A stretch of 63,029 bases of DNA, the filler included, from Octopus bimaculoides (taxonomy: Eukaryota), in assembly GCF_001194135.2 (NCBI RefSeq). It is 3 parts of 3 records of this genome, joined end to end, with 100 filler letters (N's around TTAATTAATTAA, not from the genome) between each part and the next. Parts side by side here need not be neighbours in the genome. Positions count along the whole stretch, not along the records: positions 30,496 to 51,997 come from NC_068986.1; positions 52,098 to 63,029 come from NC_068985.1; 1 more part is not named here. One strand, written 5' to 3'. The notes below the pieces were generated by a model that saw only the letters and a list, made by a program, of their open reading frames with translations, searched no databases and was not told the origin of the DNA. This document shows, in pieces, positions 41,412-55,595 of the stretch; position 1 is the stretch's first letter; each line of letters opens with the position of its first letter. A program made the position numbers and the translations under genes.

Positions 41412-41949
41412 TGATACTTGCATGTGCTCACACACATTTGCACATTCTGTTCTGAATTTTGTATTGCATGCTATGTTTTCATTGCACCATTACATCTACT
41501 ATATGTTAGGTAGACTTTTATTACTTTTGTTTTCATTTGTTTTTGTTTTTTGTTCTTTCAAGAGTAACATATAATGATTCCACTACTATGTGTGTGTGTC
41601 TGTGTGTGTATGCATGCACGTATGCATATGACTGTGCATGTATTTAAGTAAATGCTTGCACATAACTATTTAGATGTTGTTTTCTGCTGGCTAAAAGTAC
41701 CCGTCATAAAACAGATGCTTTGAAGAAATATATGGGTATACATACTTCATTAGACATTACGCATGTGCAGACATACACTGCTACACACAAAATAATGCAC
41801 ATGATCACACATGCACATAACATTACTAAATAGTATAAACACATACATATACACACATATGCACAACAAACACTGTCACATATTGTTTCACATGCACAGA
41901 CACGCACAAATACTCACACAGACTTTAAACTATTGGTACTATGTATATG

Positions 41950-41988
<39 letters not shown>

Positions 41989-42625
41989 NNNNNNNNNNNN
42001 NNNNNNNNNNNTATATAGTTAGTTTTGTGTTATATGATATTCTGGAATAGAATGATAACAATTCTGATATTTAGATTTATTTAATGGCTCTTGGTATATG
42101 AATACCGAGGAAAATTTAGTCCATGGCTGATTGGCATATTGGTATTATCTAATAGCTCTGTGAGTTGTTCATCCAACTGGAAATCATGGACATTCCATTT
42201 TCAAACTCTTGTTCATTTGTCTGATGAATTTTAGCACCTTTTGAAAATGTAGTTTAGTTACAAAACCTGTTTAGTTTAGCATGTAAATTACACCTTTCTC
42301 AGTTTTATGAATATTATATTTGCACTAATCCTCTCCTCTTCCCACAGTCAACTGCTTGCATGGGTTCTTTTCTGACCCTGCTCACTGGCTCTGCACCATT
42401 TCCAAATACTTTTACATTTTGGCAATTTAGCCATTGAATTGCTGCTAGTCACTGGTCAGATATTCAGCAACCAAATCATTCACTTACATGCTGGCTGAGC
42501 AGACAGTATGCTAGACTTATGATTCACAACCTCTCCAAACTTTTCTGGTTTGGCTGACTATTTTGTCAGATTTTCATTGTCGTATAGCATCTACTTAATA
42601 CACACATACACGCACATACGCATGT

Positions 42626-42664
<39 letters not shown>

Positions 42665-43134
42665 ATATCCAGTCAAGTTTCTTGCTGTACATATAAAAGT
42701 AACACACTTGCCCTGAATCAAATCATAGTGCAAATATCTGAAAATTTGCATGTCTGCTGTCACTGAATTAAATGTCTATACATAGACATGCATGCATGTC
42801 CCCCTTCACTTACAATCCTGTTGTTGAGAAAGTAGTTCTTCAATTCAACCGCTCATTTGCTTGTTCAATTAAGAAAGAATTAAGAACAATAATGAAAAGC
42901 ATTTTTTGATTTTCATGTAGTAATTTTATAGTAATGTGTTAATAGTTATGGATTCACTGGAAATATTTGCATTCATCAATCAACCTTTGACATGGTTGAA
43001 CAACCAATCCCAACCAGTCAGGATTCACAGTACAGGTTGTATTATGCATCCTTTTGATCACTGAATACAAAATGTGACTCACAAGACCTCTGTTTGGGTA
43101 GTTTTCCTGAATTACCATCTCACTTTTGTATGTC

Positions 43135-43292
43135 AATTTCTCACAAGGTTACCTATTTACAGCTGCATGGACTGGGGCAACATGAAATGAAGGGTTTTGC
43201 TCAAGAACATAATGCACAGCCAGTCTGGGAATTGAAACCATGGTCTTGTATTTTTTAGTGCAATATCTTAATCCCTTAACCACATGCCTTTG
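43135..43292 (-). mobile_element. tRNA-derived SINE fragment, third family
   Basis: Reverse strand gives ggcatgtggttaaggg..ggtttcaattccc head; body gactggggcaacatgaaatgaag resembles 52560-52620. Confidence 0.55.
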
Positions 43293-45049
43293 CTTTTAGC
43301 ATTGGAGGTGGAAATATAGTGAAGGCTGGGATATTGCAAATCCATCTGATTCATTCCAATATGGAAAAGTAGATGCAAAACTTAATAGTGGCGATTCCAT
43401 TTTTGAATCGTCTACCCTTTGCTTGTTTCACACACACTCACTTGCATGCCTACGTGTATGCAAGTTTCACTATATGCTGAAGAGGTTCTCTTTGTGACCA
43501 TGTGACCATGTGATTTCAAGACTCCACTGCATGGCCCCTTGGGGCAGTGCCTTTTACTACAGCCTAGGGTTGACCAATACCTTGTCCTTGTATGACAAAT
43601 TCTGTAGATGGAATGTGTGTGTGTATTTGGAATTGACAGTTTTTATCACGTTAACTTCCATGGCCTGTTACTGAATGTTGCATAAAGTTAAGCCATGAAC
43701 TACCCGTGGTCCATGTGGTGGCTAATGTGTTAAATTTCCCATCAACAAAATGTTCAGTAATAATTTAATGTATGAAGCAATGGAATAAAAGTACCTTACT
43801 CGACACCATGAACAGCGTCTGGCCATTGAATACTATCTCAAGAAGTCTTGTTCAACACATACCAACATAGAAGTACACATAAAAATGTTGATGCATGCAC
43901 ATGTGTGCGTGCACACACACCAAGAAATGAAAAGAAAAACTAGTTTAGTTTGTTGTTATAGGAGAAAAAAAAAGTATATAAACATATATTGTATCAATAA
44001 TATACATTGTATTACAGTTCTGCAAGTAGGAGAATTTATTTTGCCATTTGAGCTTTCATCAAGAAGCAATGCTATTTCATCATTAGATTATCCCATGTAA
44101 TTTATTCTTGTTTCCCATTTGGGGTTTTGTTGATAGAACTTTCTTCAGCTCTTATTAACTGTAGATAAAATGCATCTTCAGACCTGGTCATATACATTGT
44201 TGACATATGGTAATTAATGGTATCGGTCATGTTGTATCGTTTATCTCTGCTCAAATTACTTTTGTAGGAGTTAACACATAAACCAACATTAGCATTTTCC
44301 TTCTTTGTTTTCTTTCTTCCCTGTTTACCGAGGGTATCAGCCACACAAAGCTTCTTTATATACCTTGTAAACAATATACTGACATCTTTAACTGCTTTCC
44401 TTCTTCTTTGTGGTCTGCTCTGCTCTTATCTGCTCATTACACACTCAAGCACATACATTCATGTGGACTATCTCTTTCTTGCTTATTTGTTTCCTTTCAT
44501 TTCTTTCTTCACCCTATCTCTGTTTGATTGTGCACACGCATGTGTGTGTGTGTGTGCACATACACTCTGGCACCATACTTTTGCATATGTGTGCACTCTC
44601 AGATACGCACACAAATCTAATTATTGAATATAGCCAAGCTGAAATGTGTCCATTTCTGTGTGTGACTTTAACATAGAACTGAAGCATTTTAGACCCTAAA
44701 ATTGTATGGCATCTAAATCTTCCTTATGCTCTGTTATATAAGCATTGAGCAGAGAAAGAAACTGCATGGCATAGAAGGGAGTAGGTGTCTACTTCCAAGG
44801 TGAAGATTTCTTTTCTTCTCATGGCGGTACCCAGTGTATTTCAGAGTAAATTGTGTCTAAATTTTCTGTTAGTTATCAATAGTTGATAGAAGGATGGGCC
44901 CGTAGTTAAAATGCTTACTAAATGCTAATATGCTGAAGCAATGTACTAATTGATATTGCTAACATTATTACATGACATCTTGTCCAGATGACAGATATTG
45001 TAGAAAAGTTGTAGAAAAGAAGAAATGAACTGGAGGAAGAGGTGGTGCT

Positions 45050-46600
45050 CATAGCTTATATATTCTTGTTGAGATCAGTGTGATCTAAGTGATTATAATT
45101 CTTCTAGAATGGTTGAAAGACAATGACCTCAAAGGAAAAAACATGTTCTGAGAGTGAATTTTAGAGATCCAACATTCTTGGAGCAGACATATTGGGTGTA
45201 ATTCACCCTTGGTTGGTAAGACAGTATTAGTGATGTGAGAAAAAGAACCAAGTGGATCAGGACTACCTTAGTGGAGACAGTACAAGACTAGCTAGTTCTG
45301 AAGAAGCAGAGGCAACTGTAGTAGTTGTAGAAAAGGCAGAGCAAGTGGAATCAGCACATCTCTGAGCAACATTATGCCAATCATTTGGGTGGCAGTTTTC
45401 TTTTCTTTGACTGTGGTTCATGTAGTCTGTATGTGCAGCAGCAGCACTGTCCCAAACCTGAGCTTTGTAAAAGAATTGTAATTGTTTGTGGATGAAGTGT
45501 TTCCTGATACTGAAGAGGATGTGCATTTAGCAGGAGAGATATTCAGTGATGAGACCTAATGTTTGTAGTGATCTCAAAAGTGTTCTAAAAATGTTTAGTG
45601 GGTGTGGGATGTTTTATTCACGTGTGGTGATTGCATCTTTCTGTTGTAGGAGACAAGGTTGATACAGCCTAAATGAATGGAGTTTTTTTGTTTTTTTTTG
45701 TTAGTCAACATGGTCAAATGCTTTGCTGTCATTTCAGGCAACAACACTGTTTTCACTAAGTTTCTTAAAGGTGAGGACTCACTGGTGAGTGCCCTCAAAG
45801 AATACATCACCAGTTGAAGTTGTTTTATGAAAATCTTACAAGTTTGTCATTGAAGAGGGAGATTCAAGGGCTGGGAGGAGATTGTTAATGGTTGCTGTGT
45901 CATCTTTGAAATGCTGGAAGTGAGTGCAATATGTTGATAGCTGGAAGAACAGAACTAGTTGCCCTTCTTGAGAATGGAACACACTAATGGATTTCCAAAT
46001 ACTGGAAAGGGAAAGAGTGTTGGGTACTTGAAGCATTTTGTGAGGATAGGATATTGTTTAGTGCTTCAAAAATTGAATCAATAAATATATAAGGATAAAC
46101 TACAGTTCATTCCAGGCAAGAAATGGATAGAATATTTAGAAAAGAAAAAGTCTTATGTTTTTTAGTATGACTTCTGTAACATTGCTTTGCACTTTCTTAG
46201 TTGGAATCCAGTAGAGCTATAAAGACCTTCAAAGGAATCCCTATTCAGTGTTTCCCCTCCACTATGATGGACATGTATAATTTGAGAGATATTTGGTTGA
46301 TATTTTCAGCAGATTGAGTAACTGTTCAGAGAAATCTTCTCAAAGCTGTGTTGATGAAAAAGTTCTATGAGATACTGCTATTTCAATGTGTATAATGTCA
46401 GTTTCTGCTGAAGCACCAGTGAGTCAGTGGAGGCTGATTTATATACATCCATTGATGTCTGCTGAAGATGATGGATTAGCTGAAACACAAGAGAACAATT
46501 TGTTGAGGTGCTCTTCAGAAGGCCTCCCCAGGATGATAAGCATCATCACCAGATATCTAATAGAATTGGTGGTTAAACAAATGGTTAGGTAGGCTTTTTT
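45050..46600 (-). mobile_element. CR1/Jockey-group-like LINE RT remnant
   Basis: ILFSIRKHF..QLQFFYKAQV and TTVASASS match the LYKAQVRP..RR.VASLS RT C-terminus; QVPNTLSLS resembles decayed GVPQGSVLSP. Confidence 0.65.
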
Positions 46601-47782
46601 TCTTTCCTTTCAATTCCTCCTTACTCCTTCCTCTATCTAATTTCACTCTGTTTGTTATCTCTCTTATCTCTTTCTCTCTCTTGAATATTTTTTTTCTTTT
46701 ATTCTACGTGTCCTGTTTCATTTTGCATTCTCTCTAACTCTCTCCTTCCAATTCAGTGTTTACCTTTTTTTATTTCCATCCTCTTTTCATTCATCTTTTT
46801 CATTCCTCCTTCCTCTCTCTTCTTTTTCTGCCTCTTCCCTCTACAATAACAGTATTACATAGTAATAGGGTTAAGAAAAAAAGAAAAAAAAAAAGCAGAT
46901 AAAAAAAAATCAAATAAACAAAAAAACTGCAAGACAGAAATCAAAGAAAAAGAAAGAAAGAAAAGTTGTTAGGTATGTTTAGAAAGAAGCTGTGAGTTTT
47001 GGTATGGTGGATGCTTAAGATTGCATACAAGAAATCAACTGTATCTATATTTTTGAAGCTTTGCGGGTGTTGAATGGCATGCTAATACTGCGAAGGGTAT
47101 GGCGAGAATGCTGAGGGGTGGCATTCAGAATTTCTTAACAGAGAAACTATTCAATTAGTGAGGATTCACTCAGTAAACTGTCACAATTTGTTGTTTTGTG
47201 AGATTCTGTCTCTTTTCTTTTAGATGAGGGTGGGTAGATACAAAACACTCCCACTGCACACAAACTCTACCCACAATCATGTTTACATTCACACACACAC
47301 ACACAGAGGCATGTGTATGTTAACAGGAATACATATGCAATTGTATTCAAAGTTTGAGGGGGGGGGGAGAAACTAAAAAATAAACAAGGAATGTAAAGAG
47401 AAGAAGCAAACTCTCTTTTTAGCTGTTTCACTTATTTTAGGGTAACTTAGAAATTGTGTGTCGATAAGCTCAGTGTGTGTGTGTTTGTGTGTTTAATGGT
47501 CTTGATATGTATGTGTATTTAGATGGTTGCTTTTGTCTGTGTGTGTTTAGGTGGTCTTTGTGTATGTGCATGTTTAGAATGTATTCGTGTCTGTATGTGT
47601 GTGTTTGGTCTTGATGTATGTGTATGTTTAAATGGTCTATGTGTGTGTGTGTGTGTTTGGATGTTTTGATGACCCCAAAGAGTATGTGTGTATGTATTAA
47701 AATGATCTTGATGAGTATGTGTAGATACCTTTGAATGTCTCTATAGTTGGTCTTGTGTGTGTGTGGCGGGGGGCGGGCGACT

Positions 47783-47929
47783 CAGGCATGGCTGTCGGGT
47801 ACTTTCCAACATATGGTTCTAAGTTCAGTCTCTCTGTGATACCTTGGGCAAGTGTCTTCTACTGTAGCTGTGGGCCGACCAACACCTTATGATTGAATTT
47901 GGTACACATCAACTAAAAGAACCCCATTG

Positions 47930-47989
<60 letters not shown>

Positions 47990-48195
47990 TCTTCCAGCAC
48001 TGCTTGACAACTGGTGTAGGTCTGTTTATGTCCCCATAACTTAGCAGTTCAGCAAAACAAAGCAATAAAATAAGCACCAAACTTTATTTTAAAAAATAGA
48101 AAATAATATATTCTGAAGTTGATTTGTTTGACTAACACCCTTACTTGCCCTAACATGGCTGCAGTCCAATGACTGAAACCAGTAAAGGGTATAAG
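47783..48195 (+). mobile_element. SINE family A copy, CpG-decayed
   Basis: caggcatggctg..aagttcagtc..ccttgggcaagtgtcttctact..(TG)n..tgcttgacaactggtg..cttagcagttcagc..aaatgactgaaac pattern. Confidence 0.85.
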
Positions 48196-48508
48196 ATTTA
48201 CATATATATATAGTCTCAATGTGTATGTGTCTTCATCCAGACAGTGCTTGTTTTGGCTGCAAATATTCACTTGTGTGCAAATTTGTCATTATTACTAGTT
48301 TAGTTTGTACACCATTATGTAAAGGAATAGACTGGCACCATTTTAATATGCTGTTAATTGGTATTGATATTTTATTGAGAATGCATTATAGTGTGCATTC
48401 ATAATGGGGGTGGTGGATTGTTTAGAAAAATGAGATTGATCCTGCAGTCAAGGGATTCTAGGACTAATATGGCTATTAAATTAAAGATGTTGATGTATCT
48501 TTTTGATG

Positions 48509-48564
<56 letters not shown>

Positions 48565-48602
48565 ATATATTTGTGTGTGTGTCTGTATCTGTCTATCTAT
48601 CT

Positions 48603-48678
<76 letters not shown>

Positions 48679-48698
48679 TATGTGTAAATGTGTGTGTG

Positions 48699-48729
<31 letters not shown>

Positions 48730-49296
48730 GTGTGTGTATGTGTCTGTATAATCTTTGCTTAGTGTGCACCAATGCAACCATAAGCACATCTAAACGCATG
48801 TGCACACACATACATATACTCAAAAGTATATGCACACAGTAACACAAACACATAATGTATACACATACATATATGAAAGAGAAAAATACTAGCGAGCTAT
48901 AAATTGTTTAATTGCTTGAGTCTAATTCTAATTCATTGCCAGCACTTTCATCCTTCTCTTGTCCTACCACTTCCCAACAGCTGTCTCTTTCCACTGGACT
49001 GACTAATGGACTGATTTTTGTCTGCATAGTAACGAAGATTTGCTAATCCTGCAGCTAATTTTATATGAAAATATGTATGTCATGGAGGGTCAGTTGCATC
49101 CCCTACCACTCCCTGTCAAGCTTCAGAAGCTTCACTCTTTTGGAAAAAATTTACTTTCTCTCTTTTTTTTTTAATTAAATTTACAGTTCATTGCCTTCGC
49201 CTCATTTTCCTCTTATTCTATGTGTACATTAATATGTGTAATCTTCTTTTATCAAGCATTGGGATTGATAAAAGCTTTATAAAATAAAACAATAGA

Positions 49297-49740
49297 TGCA
49301 GGCGTGACTGCGTGGGTAAGAAGCTTGCTTTGCAACCATGTGGTTCTATGTTCATTCCCACTTCATGGTACCTTGTGCAAGTGTCTTCCACCATAGCCCT
49401 AGACTAACTGATGTCTGTGAGTGAATTTGGTCAATAGAAGTCTACTAAATTGTGTGGAAACCAGCTGTGTGTAGCATGATGATGATGATATATCATCATC
49501 ATCATCATACTTACTTTTTTCTATGCTGTCATGGGTTCTATGTCGGCTTTGGCATGATTTCTACAACTGAATGTCCTTCCTAATACCAACCACTTAACAG
49601 AGTGTACAGGGTGCTTTTTACATGGCATTTCTTATATATATGTATGTATATGTGTATATCTTTCTATTTCTATTTGCATCCCAGCATCACTAGACAACAT
49701 GTGTTGGTTTGTTTATGTCCTGCTAAAGAGATTGGTTGAA
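49297..49740 (+). mobile_element. SINE family A copy interrupted by another repeat fragment (49490-49625)
   Basis: Head gcaggcgtgactgcgtgggtaagaagc; insert ttggcatgatttctacaactgaatgtccttcctaataccaacc also seen at 37070-37120. Confidence 0.65.
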
Positions 49741-51348
49741 TAATTAAAAGATAAAAATAACTATTTCAAATTTTTAAGCATGGCTCTTGAGATCTTGCAG
49801 GGAGTAGAAAAACAAGGAGCTTTGATGTTCTTGCCCCCATCAACTTCCACTTAGTAATTTCTGCAATTCATTAAGGATCTAAGTAAAATGAAATTGCGAA
49901 AAAGCATTGAAATTGTATCAGATTAATCGACATCAGTATTGTGGCTTAAATTATCCATATTCCCCACATCTATATTAAAGTTGAAGTTAAATAAAATTGA
50001 TAGTTAATTGCTCTGTTTATTTCCCTGGCCAAAAGCCTTAACTTTCAAGTACATTCCATATAATTGTAAATAGGTAATGTAGGGTAGAGAGATCTTACTG
50101 AACTAAACAAGGGCAGCCTTGTGAAATTGAAATGTTTCTTATTAGCTTAGGTTACTGTTCACCTTCTGTGATTCTAGATGGAAATGGGTTTTGTCCTGCT
50201 GATATGCCTGAAATACACACTGAGGATAAAATCTTCAGTGGTGCCCTTACAACCTAATGCATTATGGGATTCATTATTACCACACACATTTTATATTTAG
50301 GCACTATTAGAGAGAGAGAGAGAGAGAAAGCGAGAGAGAGAGAGAATGGTAAGGAGTGAATATATGCATGTACACTAATAGAAATTATATCCTGTCCGGT
50401 ATTAAAATGTTTTCATTATTATTTTTTTAATGTATTATTGGAGAGAGTATTCTAGATTTTGCATTGCAATTACTTTTGATTTCAGTTTGCTGCTGACATT
50501 TCCCTTTATTCCTCTATTCCTGGCATGTGTTCGTAACAGACAGCTGACACTCTGTAGATGTGTTTTGTTCAGTCAATTACTCTGCCCTAATCTGCATAGA
50601 TTATTACTTGTCATGAAACCTATAAAAATTTATCCTGCCTTATGAGAAGATGCACACTTCGTCTGTAAACACACGCATACATACCGATGTGCTGTAACCT
50701 GTGCACAACTAAATAAACACAGATACATTCATGCACACACAAACAAGCACATTCGCACGCAAAACATTAGTACATCTTTTATTCGTTCCATGCACAAAGT
50801 TTCCTTCGCTCACATAAAATTTGATTGGAAACACAATACAAGAACAATATCGAAAACATGGGTCTCTTGAAGTGTTAGCAGAGCGCCATTCTAAGCTACG
50901 TTATACAGCAAAAGGAATTAATTTTGCTAACATACACCATGCCATTATGTAAATCAATGAGTAAATACTCTAAAGCAACCACCTAAATTGCAGGATTGTA
51001 CCTATTGAATCTTACTGAACCAGTGATTATATTATCCTCTAGAGACCGATCTGAAGCCAGTTCTTCACCTTCTCTCAGATGTTCTGTTTCTCTGCTATTA
51101 AATCAAGTAAATTACATTGGAAACACTCGCAGAAAGACGAAGCTCTTTGCACTTGGCCATTTTAAATAGGCGACTTACATTGGCATAGAAACTACTGGAA
51201 TATATTTTTTTAATACTAAAGCTTATTTTAAATCTCAACATCTTTGTTGTCGTCATTGTCATCATATTTTTTTGAATTCTGAGTAGTTAAAAAATGATTC
51301 TCACAACTGCTACCACCACCACCACCACTACCACCATTATTATTATTA

Positions 51349-51379
<31 letters not shown>

Positions 51380-51385
<6 letters not shown>

Positions 51386-51603
51386 TGAGCCAGCAAACTG
51401 GCAGAATTGTTAACATGTCAGATATAATGCTTACCAGCATTTTTTCTGGCACTTTATGTTCTGAGTTCAAATTTCACCAAGGTCAGCCTTGCCTTCCATC
51501 ATTTTGGAGGCAATGAAATAAAGAACTAGTCATGTGCTGTGGTTCATGTAATTGACTAACTCCTTCCCTCAAAATTTCAAGCCTTGTGCTTATACTAGAA
51601 AGA

Positions 51604-51648
<45 letters not shown>

Positions 51649-51997
51649 GATTTCAAATTTAGACACAAGGCTACCAATTTCAGAGAAGAGGGTAAGTCAA
51701 TTACATCGATCCAGTATTCGACTGGTACTTACTTTTATCGACCTTGAAAGGATGAAACTTGGGGTTGATTAAATATAAGTAGTAGTTGAGCATTGAGGTC
51801 AATATAATCAACTACCCCTCCCCTTCCACCAAAAATTTTAGGCCTGGTGCCCATAGTAGAAAGAGTTATTTAATTATTAAAAAAAAAAAAAAAAAAGAGA
51901 GAATTAATTATTATCTTTTATTATTAATGGTAGTGCGTTGGCAGAATCGTAAGCATGCTGGATGAAATACTTAGCGGTATTTCCCCCGATCACTACG
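51380..51997. mobile_element. Cluster of SINE family B heads and fragments separated by (ATT)n
   Basis: ctggcagaattgttaac..gagttcaaattt at 51396-51475; ttggcagaatcgtaagc at 51938 cut by the linker. Confidence 0.7.
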
Positions 51998-52097
51998 NNN
52001 NNNNNNNNNNNNNNNNNNNNNNNNNNNNNNNNNNNNNNNNNTTAATTAATTAANNNNNNNNNNNNNNNNNNNNNNNNNNNNNNNNNNNNNNNNNNNN
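51998..52097. other. Synthetic scaffold join: 44 N + TTAATTAATTAA + 44 N
   Basis: Same 100-bp construct as 30396-30495. Confidence 0.95.
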
Positions 52098-52160
<63 letters not shown>

Positions 52161-53259
52161 TGATACAAGCTCTCAGCTTATTTTGCTGGGTCTGATGGTA
52201 AAGTGTCAGTTGTCCACAGCCAGCAGACTAAGACGACTTTTGTTTACTGATCATGCTTCAAGAACCCTGCGTAGAACTCATCATTCCAAGCAAGGATGAT
52301 TTTTGTGGGTGTTCTATATTTAAGTTTGTACCAATCTTTTTGAGCCATGTTGGTAGCTGAGTGCTGATACTTCAAGTGCACGAATTACTACTGGTATCAT
52401 GTCCACTCTCTTCATTACCTGCAACCTAGTCCTTCTTTTTATAATAATATATGTTTATAGTTTTCCTTCTCTGAAACCAAGGAGACAGACTTTAATTTAC
52501 AATCAATATAATTAACCACACGCACAAGACATGATTATCAGCTTTGTTATCTGTTCTACAACTAGATGACTGGAGTACAATAATATCAGTGCCTTGTTCA
52601 AAATTCGACACTGTGCCAATGTCAAGATATGAACTTATGGGCTTGCTTACAATAAGCTGCAGCTAACGTATTAAACAAGAATAAAAAAAAGAAGAAAAAA
52701 TCAAGAAACTCACTCCCACTCCATAAATGATTTAGTATTTTAAAAATCCGAGATCGTACAAGAACAAATGTACACAGGGCAAGTTACTCTTAAAAAAATT
52801 TCCAATATTTTGGTGTTTTTCACATACGTAGGACTATTCTCAAAATTGTATAGTACGCTGCAAAAATACACCAGCATGAAACTGACACATATACATGCTT
52901 ATCATGTAGCGTGTAAGGTTAACTTAAACGACTGAAATAAAATTTGAGCCATTTAGTGTAATTATATATTTCTGAAAATGTACCGAATTCAACCAGAACA
53001 GTTCTTTCAGAATTTTCCCATACTTTGAAAACGCACAGATATCACTATTATAAGGTGGCTTACAAAGGTAATCAACACTGTTTCATTTCCCTGTTGATAC
53101 TAGTAAAGAAAGTATTAAATAAATAAATAAATAAATAAATGAATATATAAATAAGTAAAGGAAAGATAGACAGTACAAAGACGTTATACAGCTATCCTAG
53201 TAAAATGCATAACACATAGATAGGACTATCTCGCTACCTTTTTCTCTTCCTCTGTTTCT

Positions 53260-53900
53260 TTGGAATAACAAGACGAAAGGAGAGGTAGCAGCTCGCAGGA
53301 TAGAGGAGGCTACAGGACATTGTTGCTGGTTACAAAGCAAGAAAGAGAGAGAAAAGTGAACCTGGAAGCCAGGAATATAAGCAGGGATTTGACCACCTCT
53401 GCCAACCTATCACCGAGTTGGCACTACGGCTCAGGGTCGAAATACTCAATGATCATTGAACATTGCCTGATATCAACTTCACCTTGTCATGGCTACATTC
53501 ACGATAAGCAGATGATGGAATAGTCCTCTTGCAGTCATTCTGATCTCGAATGTAGAGAATTCACATGTCCATACGTTTTGAAAATGATCAGTTGATATTA
53601 TTGACGCTCCTTGCACTCTTCGTTTGTTTTCTTCTCACGTGATGTATCATATGAAGCCAAACTGGAGTTGGAGAAGGGAATCAACAGATATCACCAGAAT
53701 TGCGAAACAAACAAATCCAAAAGCGCAGTAGAGAAATTCTTGAAGAGAACAACAAAGAAAGACGGTCAAAGTTCATGCGGGATTTTGGGAATTAAAACAA
53801 CTGATAAAAATTTGTGATTAGACACAATGAAATCTTTATACGGGGTCGACATAGTCGCTGGAATACTTTCTAGTTTGCCACTATAGCTAATTTGAGTCCG
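53260..53900 (+). mobile_element. Highly decayed LINE (RTE-like) endonuclease-region remnant
   Basis: Higher GC with weak similarity to IDHILISRRW..SRVYRG..DHQL motifs; many stops. Confidence 0.4.
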
Positions 53901-54299
53901 TATTCTCGAAGAGAAGTGGCCAAAGTGATGATGATCATTATTGCAATGACTGTTACGATAACGATTATAGTATTCAGTTGGAAATATAAATATATAAGAC
54001 GGATCTTGACGTTAACTAAATCATCTGGCAAAACTAAATATTATTGCTTAAAACCTGATTTGGATCTGTATAATATACATACATAAATACAATTGCATAT
54101 ATATAAATATGTGTGTGATGTGTGTGTGATGTGTGTGTGTGCAGCCGAATTGACAGGTGGCAACATGAAACTTAAATTAACTCGCTGCGAATTCTCGGCT
54201 TCTAAAATATAAAATGTTTCAAAATATTAAATTCTGCTTTATGTAGTTAGTACTTTTTCTACTGTTTGTACACCCGAACATTTTCTCACCTTTCGCACC

Positions 54300-54432
54300 C
54301 CATCTCTCTCTCTTTCTTCCCCTCTCTCTCTTTCTTCTCCTCTCTCTCTTTCTTCCTCTCTCTCTTTCTTCTTCTCTCTCTTTCTTCCCCTCTCTCTCTC
54401 TCTCTCTCTTTCTTCCTCTCTCTCTCTCTCTG

Positions 54433-54495
<63 letters not shown>
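54300..54495. repeat. Compound (CT)/(CTT) and (CA)n microsatellite
   Basis: Direct read. Confidence 0.97.
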
Positions 54496-54497
<2 letters not shown>

Positions 54498-54705
54498 AGC
54501 AGTAATTCTATACAGAATACAAACTGCACAAAGATGAATAAAACGCAACAAATAAATTAAACAAAGGAAAAAGAAAATTTGGGTGTGAAAATATGTTTAA
54601 AGAATAGATAAAAATTATAATGCATCACCCTGTATTGAAGCAACAAAAGAAAAATTAAACTGGAATATTATTTATTCCATAAGAATTTTATTATTATTAT
54701 TATCA

Positions 54706-54767
<62 letters not shown>

Positions 54768-55595
54768 CATTATTATCACTATTATTTTCATCATCATCAT
54801 CATCCTCATCATCATCATTATTATTATTGTTGTTAATATTAAGCTATAAAGTAAAATACCATGAAAAATATAAGAAAAATATTCCACTTGACAGATCTAA
54901 ATTCTCGCAGAAAGATAAACAATTATTTTTTTTTCATTTCTCATTTCAAAGTAAACCCAAAATAGAATATCATAGTTTGAAAAAGATTTTGATCGCTGCT
55001 TAAATTGGTTAGTGAAAGTCGCAACGGCAGTAGGAGTGATAGATCGAAGAAGAAGAGGGTCGCACGATGTGATCTGTCATAACGAGGAAATAGGATCTAT
55101 GAAGGATGAATTCCGAAGAGAAAATTCCACTTATATAACATCTATAAAGAATAATGTAAAAAATACATAAATAATAATAACTTCTGAAAGGAGAAAAGAA
55201 AGAAAAGAAAAGGAAAAGAAAACGAGAATCCACGTGCTACGTTTCGAACGGGAATAATGGAAGCTAAATGGGAAAATGAAAAATAAAATAATTCTTTTGA
55301 TGTTAAGTTTGCAGGAAACCTCTTGGCTTGCTATGTATCTTTGCATATACATACATCTTTGAATATATATATATATATANNNNNNNNNNNNNNNNNNNNN
55401 NNNNNNNNNNNNNNNNNNNNNNNNNNNNNNNNNNNNNNNNNNNNNNNNNNNNNNNNNNNNNNNNNNNNNNNNNNNNNNNNNNNNNNNNNNNNNNNNNNNN
55501 NNNNNNNNNNNNNNNNNNNNNNNNNNNNNNNNNNNNNNNNNNNNNNNNNNNNNNNNNNNNNNNNNNNNNNNNNNNNNNNNNNNNNNNNNNNNNNN

